DNA of 52,560 nt, the filler included, from Bipalium vagum (taxonomy: Eukaryota): the NCBI GenBank assembly GCA_037834085.1. It is 3 parts of 3 records of this genome, joined end to end, with 100 filler letters (N's around TTAATTAATTAA, not from the genome) between each part and the next. Parts side by side here need not be neighbours in the genome. Positions count along the whole stretch, not along the records: positions 1 to 19,911 come from JBBMKC010261539.1; 2 more parts are not named here. One strand, given 5' to 3'. The number at the start of each line of letters is the position of its first letter. The stretch's first letter is position 1. Positions 1 through 10,910 of this stretch are shown here, one piece after another. Position numbers and translations under genes: made by a program. A model generated the notes under the pieces. The model was not told the DNA's origin. It searched no databases and saw only the letters and a list, made by a program, of their open reading frames with translations.

Positions 1-103
1 ACGCATAATGATGACAAAATATAAAGTAATATTCATTCTAATATACAATGGGCAAATAATTTTGTCAAAGAGTGTATTTTAATTTTCCATAATTTTAATA
101 TAG

Positions 104-372
104 AGGCTAATCAGACCATGAAAATTTTTAATTTTTATCTTTATTAATTTATTATATTTTAAAATACATTAAATTAAATTTTATAATACAATAATTAAAG
201 CATTAATTAAATTTTGTAATACATATAATATAAAAAAATATAATATTTAAATACTTTTATTTAAATTTTTAAATGGTAATTAATTTTTTAAAAATTTTAA
301 GATTAACAATCAACTGCATTGTAAATATAAATTAGATTTTAAAATTAAAAATTCCCATAGCTTGATAAGCCT
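104..372. mobile_element. MITE-like element with imperfect terminal inverted repeats
   Basis: 104-130 aggctaatcagaccatgaaaattttta versus reverse complement of 346-372 aggcttatcaagctatgggaattttta (21/27 match); the interior is AT-rich and non-coding. Confidence 0.5.
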
Positions 373-1241
373 AGTTATAAATAATAAAGTTTCTGACTGA
401 ACTAGAAAGTTTCTGAATAAGAAAAATATCATACGAAAAAAAATATTAATTATCAATGAAAGCAATTACATAAATGCATCTTTTATAAAAGACTAGAGAT
501 CGGTGTTTTTAATAAGAATATTAAATATTAAGTTAAAAGGAATCAAGTATTAAAATTTTAGACTTTCAATATAATAAAAATATAAACTCAGTTATAAAGA
601 ATATCGAATGAAGGTTTTCGAAACACAGATAGATTATTACAGTAAATATAATAAAATAAATATTAATAAATAAATATTTTCTAAAGAAAATTTTCAATTT
701 CCAAATTTTTACCGTTCTCTCATATTACAGCCTTATTACAGTAAAATTTTTTTTCTCAAATCACTTAGATGATCTAGGTCGTAGTCTGACGCTATGCCTG
801 GAAACAACGAAACCCAATACCATTGAAGTCATTGATAATATTCCTACTCCAGACTAGGTCTCTTATCTAAACATATCCATGAAAACGATAATTTACATTG
901 TTCACTTCGAGCAAGACACCCTTATTTTATCCCTAAGTACGATAAGCCTCATTTGGCCACATCAGTTTTCGTGGAAATTACTACCTACAAACTCGGTAGC
1001 TTAATATCGGAACATGTCTCCCTTTCTATATTAAACTATTAAATAGTATTAGTATTATATTAGTATAGCATTAGTTTTTTGATAACGGTGCTCCATGTTA
1101 TTACTAATAATTTGAAAAATCTGTTCTATTAAAATATTTTCATTTCATTTTTCTGGACTTTGATTTTAACTAAAAGAAATAATTTTTAATATTGAACTGA
1201 TCTTGTAATTTTTTCTAAAAAGATTTTAATATTTTTTATAG

Positions 1242-3706
1242 TTATTTCAGTATAATTGTTTGCATAATTATTGTGAGCAATTCAGTGTGTATCACATTTA
1301 CCAACGAATATTACGTGGAGCTGCTTTTCAATTGTCTATTTTTCGTAGAAATTTTTTTACGTGTCTATATAAAAGGCTTTAGAAGATATTTTCAAAGTCT
1401 TTGGAATATGTGAGAAATTCTTTTCTATCCTTTAATTTATAGATTTATTTTTCAGTTTTGATTTTACTGTTATTTTACTTGCATTTCTCTTTTGGTTTGT
1501 GGAAAATACAAAATTAAGTATATTTATATTTTTTTTATTTAAAGTATTTAATATGCATTAATTTGATTAATTGTAATATAATTATATATTTAATATAAAA
1601 TATAAATGTAATGAAAAATAATTTAATAGAAAACTGTAAAATCTATATTTTACTTGTAAATGAAAATGACATCTATGATATACAGCTTTCCATTATTTTT
1701 GTATTTGAGAAAATCATATATTAAATTTGAAAAGGTTGTTCATACTAATATGTTCAAAAAATAAGATGACTGTCAAAATAAAACATTTATTTAATCACCA
1801 AAGTTTATTTTGTCTTCCTCAAAATACTCTCCTCCCAGCACTATACACATGCGCAACGTTTAATCCAATTCAGAAAGCACTTTTTAAAATCACTTTTTTC
1901 GGAATTTTCATAAGTTCGTCTTTTGATTTTTGTTTTATCGATTCAAATCTGGTTCATCGAAATAGTTTCCTTAATCAATTGAACAGAAAAAAGTCGTATG
2001 GTGACATATCTGGAGAATATGATGCATGCAAAATAACATTTGAATTTTTGGCTAAAAGCTCACGGATAATAATTGCTTTGTGAGAAGGGGCGTTGTCATG
2101 TTGTAAAAACCATGAATTGTCTGTCCACAAATCTGGTCTTTTTTTTAACGAATCGCCTAGCGTAAATGACTTAACTTATAAATAATAATCTTTATTTACT
2201 GTACAACCCTCTGCAAGAAATTCATGATGAACTACACCACGATAGTCCATAAAAACTGTTAACAGAGTCTTGACTTTTGATTGCATTTTTCGAATATTTT
2301 TAAGTCTTGGTTCATCTGGAGTTTATCATTTACTGGACTGTTGCTTTATCAGCATATCAAACTGGTACACCCATGTTTCGTTAACAGTAATAATACGCTT
2401 GATGAATGTTGGATCATTTTCTACTTGCTCTAGTAAATCGTTAGCAACATCAACACGATATTTTTGCAAAAAATCCAATGATTTTGATATTAGCTTAGCT
2501 GAAAAACGTGTTAGACCCAATACGTCACTTAAAATTGCATTCACTGAACCTATGGATATTCATACATCATCTGCAAGCTCTCTTACTATAAAATGACTAT
2601 TTGCCATAACTATGTTCTTAATTATTTGCACATTTCCTTTTGTTGTTGATATCGATGTTGATAGACGACCAGAACGAGCTTCATCTTCTTTCAATTCACG
2701 ACCTTATTCGAACAATTTATACCATTTAAATATTTTTTTCTGGATGAAAATTGATTACCTAATGCTGTCTGCATTATTTGAAAAGTTTTTGTGGCATTGA
2801 TTTCATCTTTAGAACAAAATTTAATGCAACGTCTTTGATCTGTAATAGAAATTTTAAAAATAAAAAAGGTCAATTGATTAATGTAAATGAACAACTGTTA
2901 CTTGTTTATTATTTGACATATCAAAATGAAATTCGTCAAAAATACAGTTGAGTGCTGTGGCAATATAAAAATAGCAGTTTTTTGGATTGCAACATTTGCT
3001 TGAGCTTCCTATTTATAAGTCACCTTACCTTTTAAACGTATAAGTATATGAATTGAATTTTATATCCCCGAGTCTTAAAAAATGTATAAATGCATATAAT
3101 GGTACATATAATTGTATATAAATTTCCTAAAATTGTATATTTAATAACTTATTTAAAGTATAATAACGAAAAATAATAACGAAAGTATAATAACGAAGTA
3201 ATAAAAAAGCATCTTATAAATCCACTGGGTTTAGGATTCCAAATGTTAAAACGATCGGTCTTTGAAGATATGAAGTTATATTAGATTTTTGACGAGTCTA
3301 GCTGGTATTTCTGCCAATTTAACTAATACTTTCATACTATCAACTGGTTTTTATTGTATAATCTCGTTTCAGAGTAAAAACTATACAATCTGGTACTTTT
3401 TAAATGGAGTTGAAATTGGAGATGGTACTGTCATTTCAAAAAATTTACGTAATTTTATGATAAAAAATGTATTTTAAAATCTGAACAAATGTACAGAAAA
3501 ATTTTCGTATCGAATCTGTCCTTCAATAGTTAATAATATCGGTAAAGACAGCTGCAAAATAATGTTGAGAAATATCTGAAAGTGCTCTGAATGCAATGTT
3601 CCATGGTACACTTTGTTTAGTTGCCAATAATTGTTCTTGAGTAAAAAAATCAAAATTACACAATCACCTCTAAACTGATTCTCATTTTAAAAGAGGAATT
3701 TCAATG

Positions 3707-3761
<55 letters not shown>

Positions 3762-6700
3762 TATTTTCCCACTTTGCTGTTTGTTATCAGTATTTATCGA
3801 AAAAGTACTATTACCTTAAACCGTCAAAAATAAAAAAAATTTAATCTAATAAAATCTTTGTATTCTTATTTTTTATTTGTATTTCTTATTATTCTTATTT
3901 GTTTTGTTAAGATATTCAACCTATATCATTTACATTACTCGTTCTCAGGAATATGAGACTGTTAAAATTATTGAGAGGAATAATTGCGTAAGTTAAAATT
4001 TATTATATTATTATTAATTTTATTATTATTATTTGCTACCAGATACAAAAACTTGTTGCACATTCTCGGAATGCTAATTCCTACAATTGCTAGTCTCTTG
4101 ACTATTGTTTATGTGAAATCTTTATTCTATTTCAGTTTTTTATTCATTTTTTATATTTTTAGTTTATCATAGTCTTTTTTGTTTGCATAGGGATTTGGTT
4201 TTATCAAGGAAAATTTTTCAAAACATTTACTGAATCCGATTACATGCACAATTCTTCCACTTGTAATAATTCTGTATCTAAAGATATTGAATTTGGAAGA
4301 TTACATTATTGTATTTTGTCTTTCAATACGTTCATATCAGGATTTGAAACATTGTGCGCTGTAGCTATAGGAAATAATTGGCAAGGTTTATTATTATTCT
4401 TAATATAAATATGTAAGTAATATGATATTCTAAGCAGCAAACAACATAATAAATTAATAACTTGAAAAATATTCATGAGCAAATAAAAAAAATCAATCAT
4501 AATAATAATAAATAATTATGATATAATAATAATAATTATAATATGAATATTATGAGGAGACTAATCAGACCTGGGGAATTTTTTAATTAATTATTATAAA
4601 ATATTTAAAAAGTATGAATGAAATTTTAAAATAATACTCATTTTTAAAAATTTATAAAAAAAGGAATTTCCAGGTCTCAGAAAAGTTGTTTAAATATTAT
4701 TTGTTTTATCACTTAATAAATCTATTCAAAAAATGACTTCTAATTCTGAGTATAAATTGATTGATATTAACAAATATAAATATGAAAATGAAAATGAAAA
4801 TGAATATGAATATAATGTAATGTTGAATATCATATTGACATTCATATTCATATTCATATTCAATATATATAAATAATAATAAATAATATAATATATATAA
4901 AAAAATATAAATAAATTCAAAATATTTTTATCACAAAAATGGTTTTTATTTTTCATTAGTTAGATATCATATTTTGAATTTAAGTAAAATTTTCGAAATC
5001 ATTAAAACGAATGGCTTAGATATTTTTTTTCACATTTAACCAAACCTTTAATATAAAATACTATAAAAATATAGTTTAATAATATAATATAATAATATTG
5101 TCAGAGAATAGTATCTTAGATTCAGGAATTTAAGCAAAGAAAACATAAAATTATGTATTCATTTAATTTCATTCGAATTATTTAAATATCCCATGCATTT
5201 GACAAAGCACAATCCAGGTAAATGTCAATGGTCAATATTGAATAATTTTTTCTTAATATTTAACCTAAAACATCTTGTCTATCTTTGCCATAAATCATTC
5301 ATTTAGTGAACATTCAGAATATAATTTATTTTTCGCTTGAAATTCAACCAAACGGACCCAATCCATAAACTCTCTATGTTCGGATAATTTCAGTAGTACC
5401 ATCTGATTTATAAAAATTAGAGTACATATTAATATTAAATTTATTTCTGATCACAAAATATATATATGTAAATCGAAATTTTGTCACCATTTTCAAAAGG
5501 AATCCATATCAGATAAGATTTCGTTATTCTAATTTAAACATTTTTAAGAGTAAGACCACTTAATGTTTTAAATAAACTCTTTTTAAATAAATTATCAAAG
5601 AAAAATTTTTCATCTTTCAAAAAAAATTTAATAATTTACTTAAAAAATTGTTAAGACATTAAAATGTCTTCAGATCTGCGAGAGAAATAATTTTTGCTTT
5701 GATAAAGAGTTTTGTTATAATTAAAAAATATTCGATGTTGAAATTGTTTTTTTTAATTTATATTTTTAATTGTTGTAAATATATTTATTAAGTTATTAGC
5801 GAGGGTTATGAATCGGCTTCCGGACAAGTTATTCTCACCAGGATTTACTTTTCCATATTTAAAGTCGTTATAACATATTTATTATTGTTAGTTTATTTGT
5901 TTTCCTGAAATAATTTTCATAATCAATTTAGACTGATTGTTGCCTTTGTGCTGGACGTTTTTCTACTGGCCTATAATCACAAAACCTCACTTCATATTGA
6001 AAAACATGTGAATAGGAAATTAGTTGACCTACAAATTCAATTTACATCGTAATATATTATCATTATTTTTTATTTATTTATTTTCGTAGATATAAGAGCA
6101 TTCGCGACTCAAGAAAATTAAAGAATAAAACAAAGCTTAATTCTGATTCCTTTTCGTTTATGAGATATTTCAACAAGGTTGAATTGGAGGAATCAAATAA
6201 AACGTGGTTTCGATTAAAAGTTAAAGGTAAATTGATATTAAGATCTAAATTCTAAGCCTTAACGTATCCTCAGTAAACATTTGGATGTCCAGTATAAGTA
6301 TTTCTTTAACATGTCATAAAAATTCAAGTGAAAATAAATAAATAAAGTATAATAAAATAGTACAAAATATTTTTATTAAATCTATATTTATTGAGTACTG
6401 CTTATTTTTTTTAAAAAATTAATTTGTCAGGTTTTGGGTGGAAAACAATTCTAGAAACTCTGTTATAGTTTTCTTAAAATATTATTCAACGATTTTAAGA
6501 TTTTTAAAATTGTATAACTTTAGGAACTAAAAAAATCTTTTAATGTAATTTACAATCCCGAAACACATTCTAAATTATTCTCTTCATAATCTCTTCCAGT
6601 TTCTATTCAAGATTTGGAACACGTTTCTTCTGATATATACTTGTATTCACTTCACAATTTATATATCTTTCCTTGTTTCTCGTTTCAACCTTTTAATTAA

Positions 6701-9700
6701 TTTCAATTAATTTTTTGGTTTAATTTCGTAAGGTTAATTTATTCTCAAAATTTTATATTATGATACTTTATATTACCTTTTCTTCAAAATTATGCATTTA
6801 TTAGGTTGATTCATAAGTTCGTGCGTTTTTAATGAAAATATTACCCATGTTTTGGAGATAAGAATCTAGCAATCAAACAAATTTTATTCAGAAAAATAAA
6901 GCCATTGTATTTTACTGTTTTAATCCAACGATGAGCAAGTTGTTCGATGCCACTCTGGTATTGTTCTCTATGTTGAAAGTGTTTAAACAAGGTTTTCCAG
7001 ACTCAGCTGCAATTTCTTTAGAGATGCGTGTCCAGATTCGTTTCATTTTTGGTATACTGTCAACTGGTTTATTCAGCAAGTGATATTTATGCTTACAACG
7101 TGCTCAAAAAATTTCAATTAAGCGTAACTGTGGCACATTCAGCGTGTTATGTTCTTTAGAAACAAAGTTGACGCTCTCTTCCCTGAGTTTGGCCGTCACA
7201 ATGTTACAATAATGCGAAGTTGCCAGATCAGGCCAAAAGATAAATTGTCCTTTAGACACCTAACTTTTGTAAAAACGGCAAAAGACGCTTTTTAATACAT
7301 TCATTTAGATAAATTTCATCATTAACAGTACCATTAGTCACAAACGGCTCTGAAACAGATCCATCTTTTGCCAACTCTTTCCAGATCATAAACCTTTTTC
7401 CAAATTTACCGGTTTGAACTACACGATCTTCAGCTGGTATCTCCGCTTTATCGTCCGGCAAATAATATTGGCTACCATGCTCTTCCGTTGGATCTAGTGA
7501 CACATATGTTTCGTCATCTAAAACAAAGAAGTAATTCTAGCCACTTGGAAGACTATCCTTGTAAAGTTTAGCTGACCACTTAATTGAACGCTGTCTCTGA
7601 CCTTTATTATACTTATGTTTCCGCTGCTTCTTTCTGCTACGCAATCCAACCCCTTCTTTCACTCTCTGATAGGTACTACGACTCACGCGCTCTGACAGTG
7701 ATCTGTTGTTTTTCGCGTGCTTCAACACTTTTCCCTGAGTCTGGGAGTGTTTACAACTGGTTTACGACCTGGTATTGACTTGTAATCTGTTACTCCTGTC
7801 TTCAGAAAGCGTGATATCACATTCCGGATTGTTCTCTCTTTAATATTTTCCTGCCGAAAGTGATTAACCGTATCCAGTTTATTTTGTGAATTTTCTTGAA
7901 AAAACCCAATAATTGCTTTGGAATTAAATTCGTGTTGCTTTCTCTTCATCTAGAGAATTATCACTAAATAAATTATTCAATAAAAAGATCAATATCATTA
8001 TTTAACCAACAATTCAAATTCTAATATGAAAGATAAAATGGTGCATTTTAGACACATTTCTTTATATTATTTTAAAAAAGGCAAACGAGCTGCGGATGCT
8101 CATAAAAAAATTTGCCGTTTATACGGGAATGATGCTTTATGCCAGAAATGGTTTGCAAAATTTCGTTTTGGAAATTTTAGCACGGATGATGCGTCTCGCT
8201 TCGGTCGCTCCACGGAGATTGAATCAGATGATAACAAAGATATTGCTGATGATAATCCAACCCAGACGGTTCTGAAAATAGTCTCGAGACTCAAAATATC
8301 ACAAACATCTGTTGATAAACATTTACATAAAATTGGTTACGTTTCTCGACTTACTGTATGGGTATCACATAAACTCACTGAGGCCAATTTGACAGCACGA
8401 ATATCAATCTGCGATTTGCTCCTAAAACGGCAAGAAAGACACCCATTTTTACGCAACTTGGTTACTGGTGATGATAAATGGATTTCTTACGACAATGTAG
8501 TGCGTACAAGATGATCATTGAGACACAGTTCTGAGCCACCAAAAAAAACACCAAAAGCAGGATTACATTCGACAAAGATATTGATCTCAGTTTGGTGGGA
8601 TTATCAAGGTGTCATCTTCTATGAGCTGTTACCAAGCCTCATACCTCAATGATCACTCGGAAAGAAGTAATGAGCCTTGTGTGAAATGTTTTGCCACATC
8701 CACCACATTCCCCGAACTTGGGTCTTACAGACTACCCCTTATTTCGGTCGTTGCAGAATTCCTTAAACGGGAAAACTTTCACCAATGAGGAGTCCACCAA
8801 ATTAATTAATTGGTTTTTTGAAAATAAATCACAGGAATTCTACAAAGGGGGAATAATGAAAGGGGTAGAAAGATGGAGGGAGGTTATTGATTGTGATTGT
8901 TTTTATCAATAAAATTTTTTCTGTTTTTCTATCTTCTAAAAAACCGAACGGACTTAATTGCCAACCCAATACATATAATGTAATATAATTAAAAGTATCT
9001 TACGCGCCTCTTTCTCAGCTTTCAAATGGAATTGCAGCTTGTTAATATTTAAACAAATAATAAATTAAACATTTGCTTTTAAAGTTTATATACAAAAAAC
9101 GCACGAACTTTTGAATCAAGCCAATATTAATTCTATTTAAACTTAAAATATTTATTGTTATTTTATCTTTTATTTTATCAACATTTTTATATAATTGCAG
9201 TTTGCGTTAAATTATGATTTTAAAATTAGAAATTTTATCATGGTCTAAAAATAACTCAATTTCTTACCCACATTTCTTTCAACCTTGTTCCAATTCTTTT
9301 GCAGTATGTACCTTATATAAAGTACTTTTTGAATAACTCATACTTCTCCCTTTGGTACTATTGTTTAGTATTTTTATTAAATTTTCCATCATATATTGAC
9401 GAAAAGGGCTAAAATTAATCTTCCTCCAAAATTCCTTGCTGTTCATTACGCCTGGTCTTATTTTATTACCAGATCCTAGTTCAGCAGACAGCAAGTTAGA
9501 ATCATTCTTTACTTTACTGGCAGTATATTTTACTATAAAATACATTGAACCTTCAGCGATGGTTTCTTCAATTTCATGGTAAAAGACGTCTACCTTTCAA
9601 GTTCTTCAAAAACATGCACATCATGAACATGAATTAATTTTTTATTTGATTTTATCTTATTATTTCATATAATATTTTAACAATTTTTATAAAGTCTAAA

Positions 9701-9950
9701 TTAACTAAAACGCTTAATTGTTTAATCCACAAAAACTGAAAATTGTATTTCTGATATTAGAAATTTTTTTGAATATTATTCCTAGAAAATCTTTCTTTCT
9801 ACAAATACGAATGTAAAGAGAACGTTCATAATATTTATTTATGCAGGAACCAGATCAGTGGAATATATCAGTCAAGCAATGTTTCAATCTGAAATAGAAA
9901 AAAGTTTACATGATAATATAAAATATTTCCATCTTTTTGAGAGGGAATAA
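1242..9950 (+). CDS. Two-pore channel (TPC3-like), domain II and C-terminus; 5' part lies outside the window
   Basis: Exons 1242-1409, 1456-1517, 3912-3987, 4043-4112, 4163-4385, 5793-5886, 5932-6048, 6090-6226, 9847-9950, all GT-AG with compatible phases. Translation: S2/S3 VELLFNCLFFVEIFLRVYIKGFRRYFQSLWNIFDF; S4 LVLRNMRLLKLLRG; S5 followed by loop CNNSVSKDIEFGRLHYC; pore/filter SFNTFISGFETLCAVAIGNNWQVI; S6 IVAFVLDVF; tail RSVEYISQAMFQSEI..ERE*. The Cys loop and SVE..Q.MF..E tail resemble the TPC3 lineage (subtype from recall, not a search). Confidence 0.85.
1745..3044 (-). mobile_element. Decayed mariner (irritans-like), full length, in a TPC intron
   Basis: TIRs 1745-1771 and 3018-3044 (21/27 match), TA on both flanks. 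Transposase remnants DQRRCIKFC, FIKRIITVNETWVY, SYSPDMSPYDFFLF, GEYFEEDK* are broken by frameshifts and stops. Confidence 0.9.
3708..3760. repeat. (AAT)n microsatellite
   Basis: Perfect taa/aat run of about 17 units. Confidence 0.95.
4558..4678. mobile_element. Second, shorter member of the CTAATCAGACC MITE-like family
   Basis: The left end actaatcagacctggggaattt matches the 104-372 element. The right end aatttccaggtct is its partial inverted repeat. Confidence 0.4.
6961..7949 (-). pseudogene. DD37E (ITmD37E-type) Tc1/mariner-superfamily transposase pseudogene
   Basis: ORF pieces 7949-7722, 7728-7537, 7503-7252 and the downstream frame give an HTH with GRKP, VLDDETYV, and FWPD-LATSHY...NVPQLRLI-E with exactly 37 residues between D and E; several stops and frameshifts. 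Confidence 0.85.
8026..8971 (+). mobile_element. Decayed mariner with internal deletion; right TIR only
   Basis: ORF 8026-8514 MKDKMVHFRHISLYYFKKG..WVSHKL..LVTGDDKWI and ORF 8691-8912 PHPPHSPNLGLTDYPLFRSLQN. The second catalytic-D region is missing. The right end cggacttaattgccaacccaata is a typical mariner TIR. Confidence 0.9.
9279..9597 (-). mobile_element. Probable RTE-clade LINE endonuclease fragment
   Basis: Extending ORF 9279-9545 upstream gives KVDVFYHEIEETIAEGSMYFIVKYTASKVK...LGSGNKIRPG, which resembles the APE segment 'FY..L...I......IV.GDFNAKVG.....G.G.RN..G' with a degraded catalytic motif. Confidence 0.4.
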
Positions 9951-10279
9951 TTAACTTATAATGTTATTGAAATACATTTTCTCAATATTTCTTAAATTAT
10001 TTGAAATTTATTAAAATAAAATTCACCTAGATTCAACCTGAAGCACAATCTGTTAATATTTTTTGAAACATTCAGCTCCACATGTTTACTCCTATAACCT
10101 TCACATTATTATTAAGGTGAGTCATTAATTTTAAAGATTTGGCATGTATGTATATTTTTCAATCAATAAATCTTTGTCACTGATAATTTTATTTAACGAT
10201 TACATGTTTTTTGGGCTCTCATAATATCTCATCCAATTTAAGCCTTTTTTGTTTTTGATCTTTATAATTGTTTTAGAAC

Positions 10280-10910
10280 ATGGATGAAAAATTGTACTTC
10301 GATGAGTTATTAGATATTGCTGGAAAAGAGGCCTTTAAGCGCAAATAACTTACCACTATACTATAAACCACATAGAATTAATGCTAAACTTTCTTTATTA
10401 TGTATAAAGTGTAATATGCATATAGAAACCCAGTTCAAAATTTTAAATCATTTTAAATTATTCCCCTTAGGCAAAAAAAATAAAGCATAACAATATCTTA
10501 GAAATATGTGGAAATTGTTTAAGAGATATAGAATTTGATGTTGATATTGACCTAAAACCAATAGAACTTGAGGAAAAAAAAGATCAGGTATAATTATTTG
10601 AGATAATTTTAATGAAAAATTCATTTACAAGATATGAAAGTGCGATATTATATGGAAATTCATTTTAAAATGAATGGAATAAAAATTATTCAAAATACGA
10701 GGATTTTGGTTTTCAATTAAACCAAACCACAATATATAGGAATCCACTGGATAAAATCGTTGTGGCTCATAGCACCCAAAGTTTTACATGGCACTTAAGA
10801 AGATATATTTATCAATTAAAAAAGGACTTCAAGAATCATAAAATTTATATTTAAATCACGTCTATAAAGATAATAAAACTAATGTTGAGTCACTTGAAAT
10901 ATAAAAATTA
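10280..10910 (+). pseudogene. Decayed intronless ORF with a CxxC...CxxC zinc-ribbon-like pair, origin unknown
   Basis: MDEKLYFDELLDIAGKEAFKR / NNLPLYYKPHRINAKLSLLCIKCNMHIETQF.. / ..LEICGNCLRDIEFDVDIDLKPIELEE.. / ..YEDFGFQLNQTTIYRNPLDKIVVAHSTQSFTWHLRRYIYQLKK can be joined with two single-base frameshifts in A-runs and about 3 in-frame stops. Confidence 0.4.

Larger units (their letters stand above)
6801..9124 (-). mobile_element. Mariner shell (TIR pair plus C-terminal transposase fragment) enclosing two other transposases
   Basis: TIR 6801-6830 ttaggttgattcataagttcgtgcgttttt versus reverse complement of 9095-9124 ttggcttgattcaaaagttcgtgcgttttt (27/30), with TA at 6799-6800 and 9125-9126. Only YQSGIEQLAHRWIKTVKYNG (about 6900-6960, minus strand) remains of its own transposase. 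Confidence 0.85.

Noticed and set aside
1727-2800. Plus-strand ORFs 1727-2083, 2270-2596 and 2612-2800
   Set aside because: They are antisense shadows of the minus-strand mariner transposase.
4726-4956. Low-complexity ORFs such as 4726-4956, 11109-11327, 27744-27962 and 28853-29125
   Set aside because: They are F/I/L/Y/N-rich translations of AT-rich or microsatellite DNA with no motifs or splice support.
10015-10020. AATAAA poly(A) signals after the TPC stop (10015) and receptor stop (28736)
   Set aside because: The positions are plausible, but the hexamer is very frequent in DNA this AT-rich, so it cannot be supported without 3'-end data.
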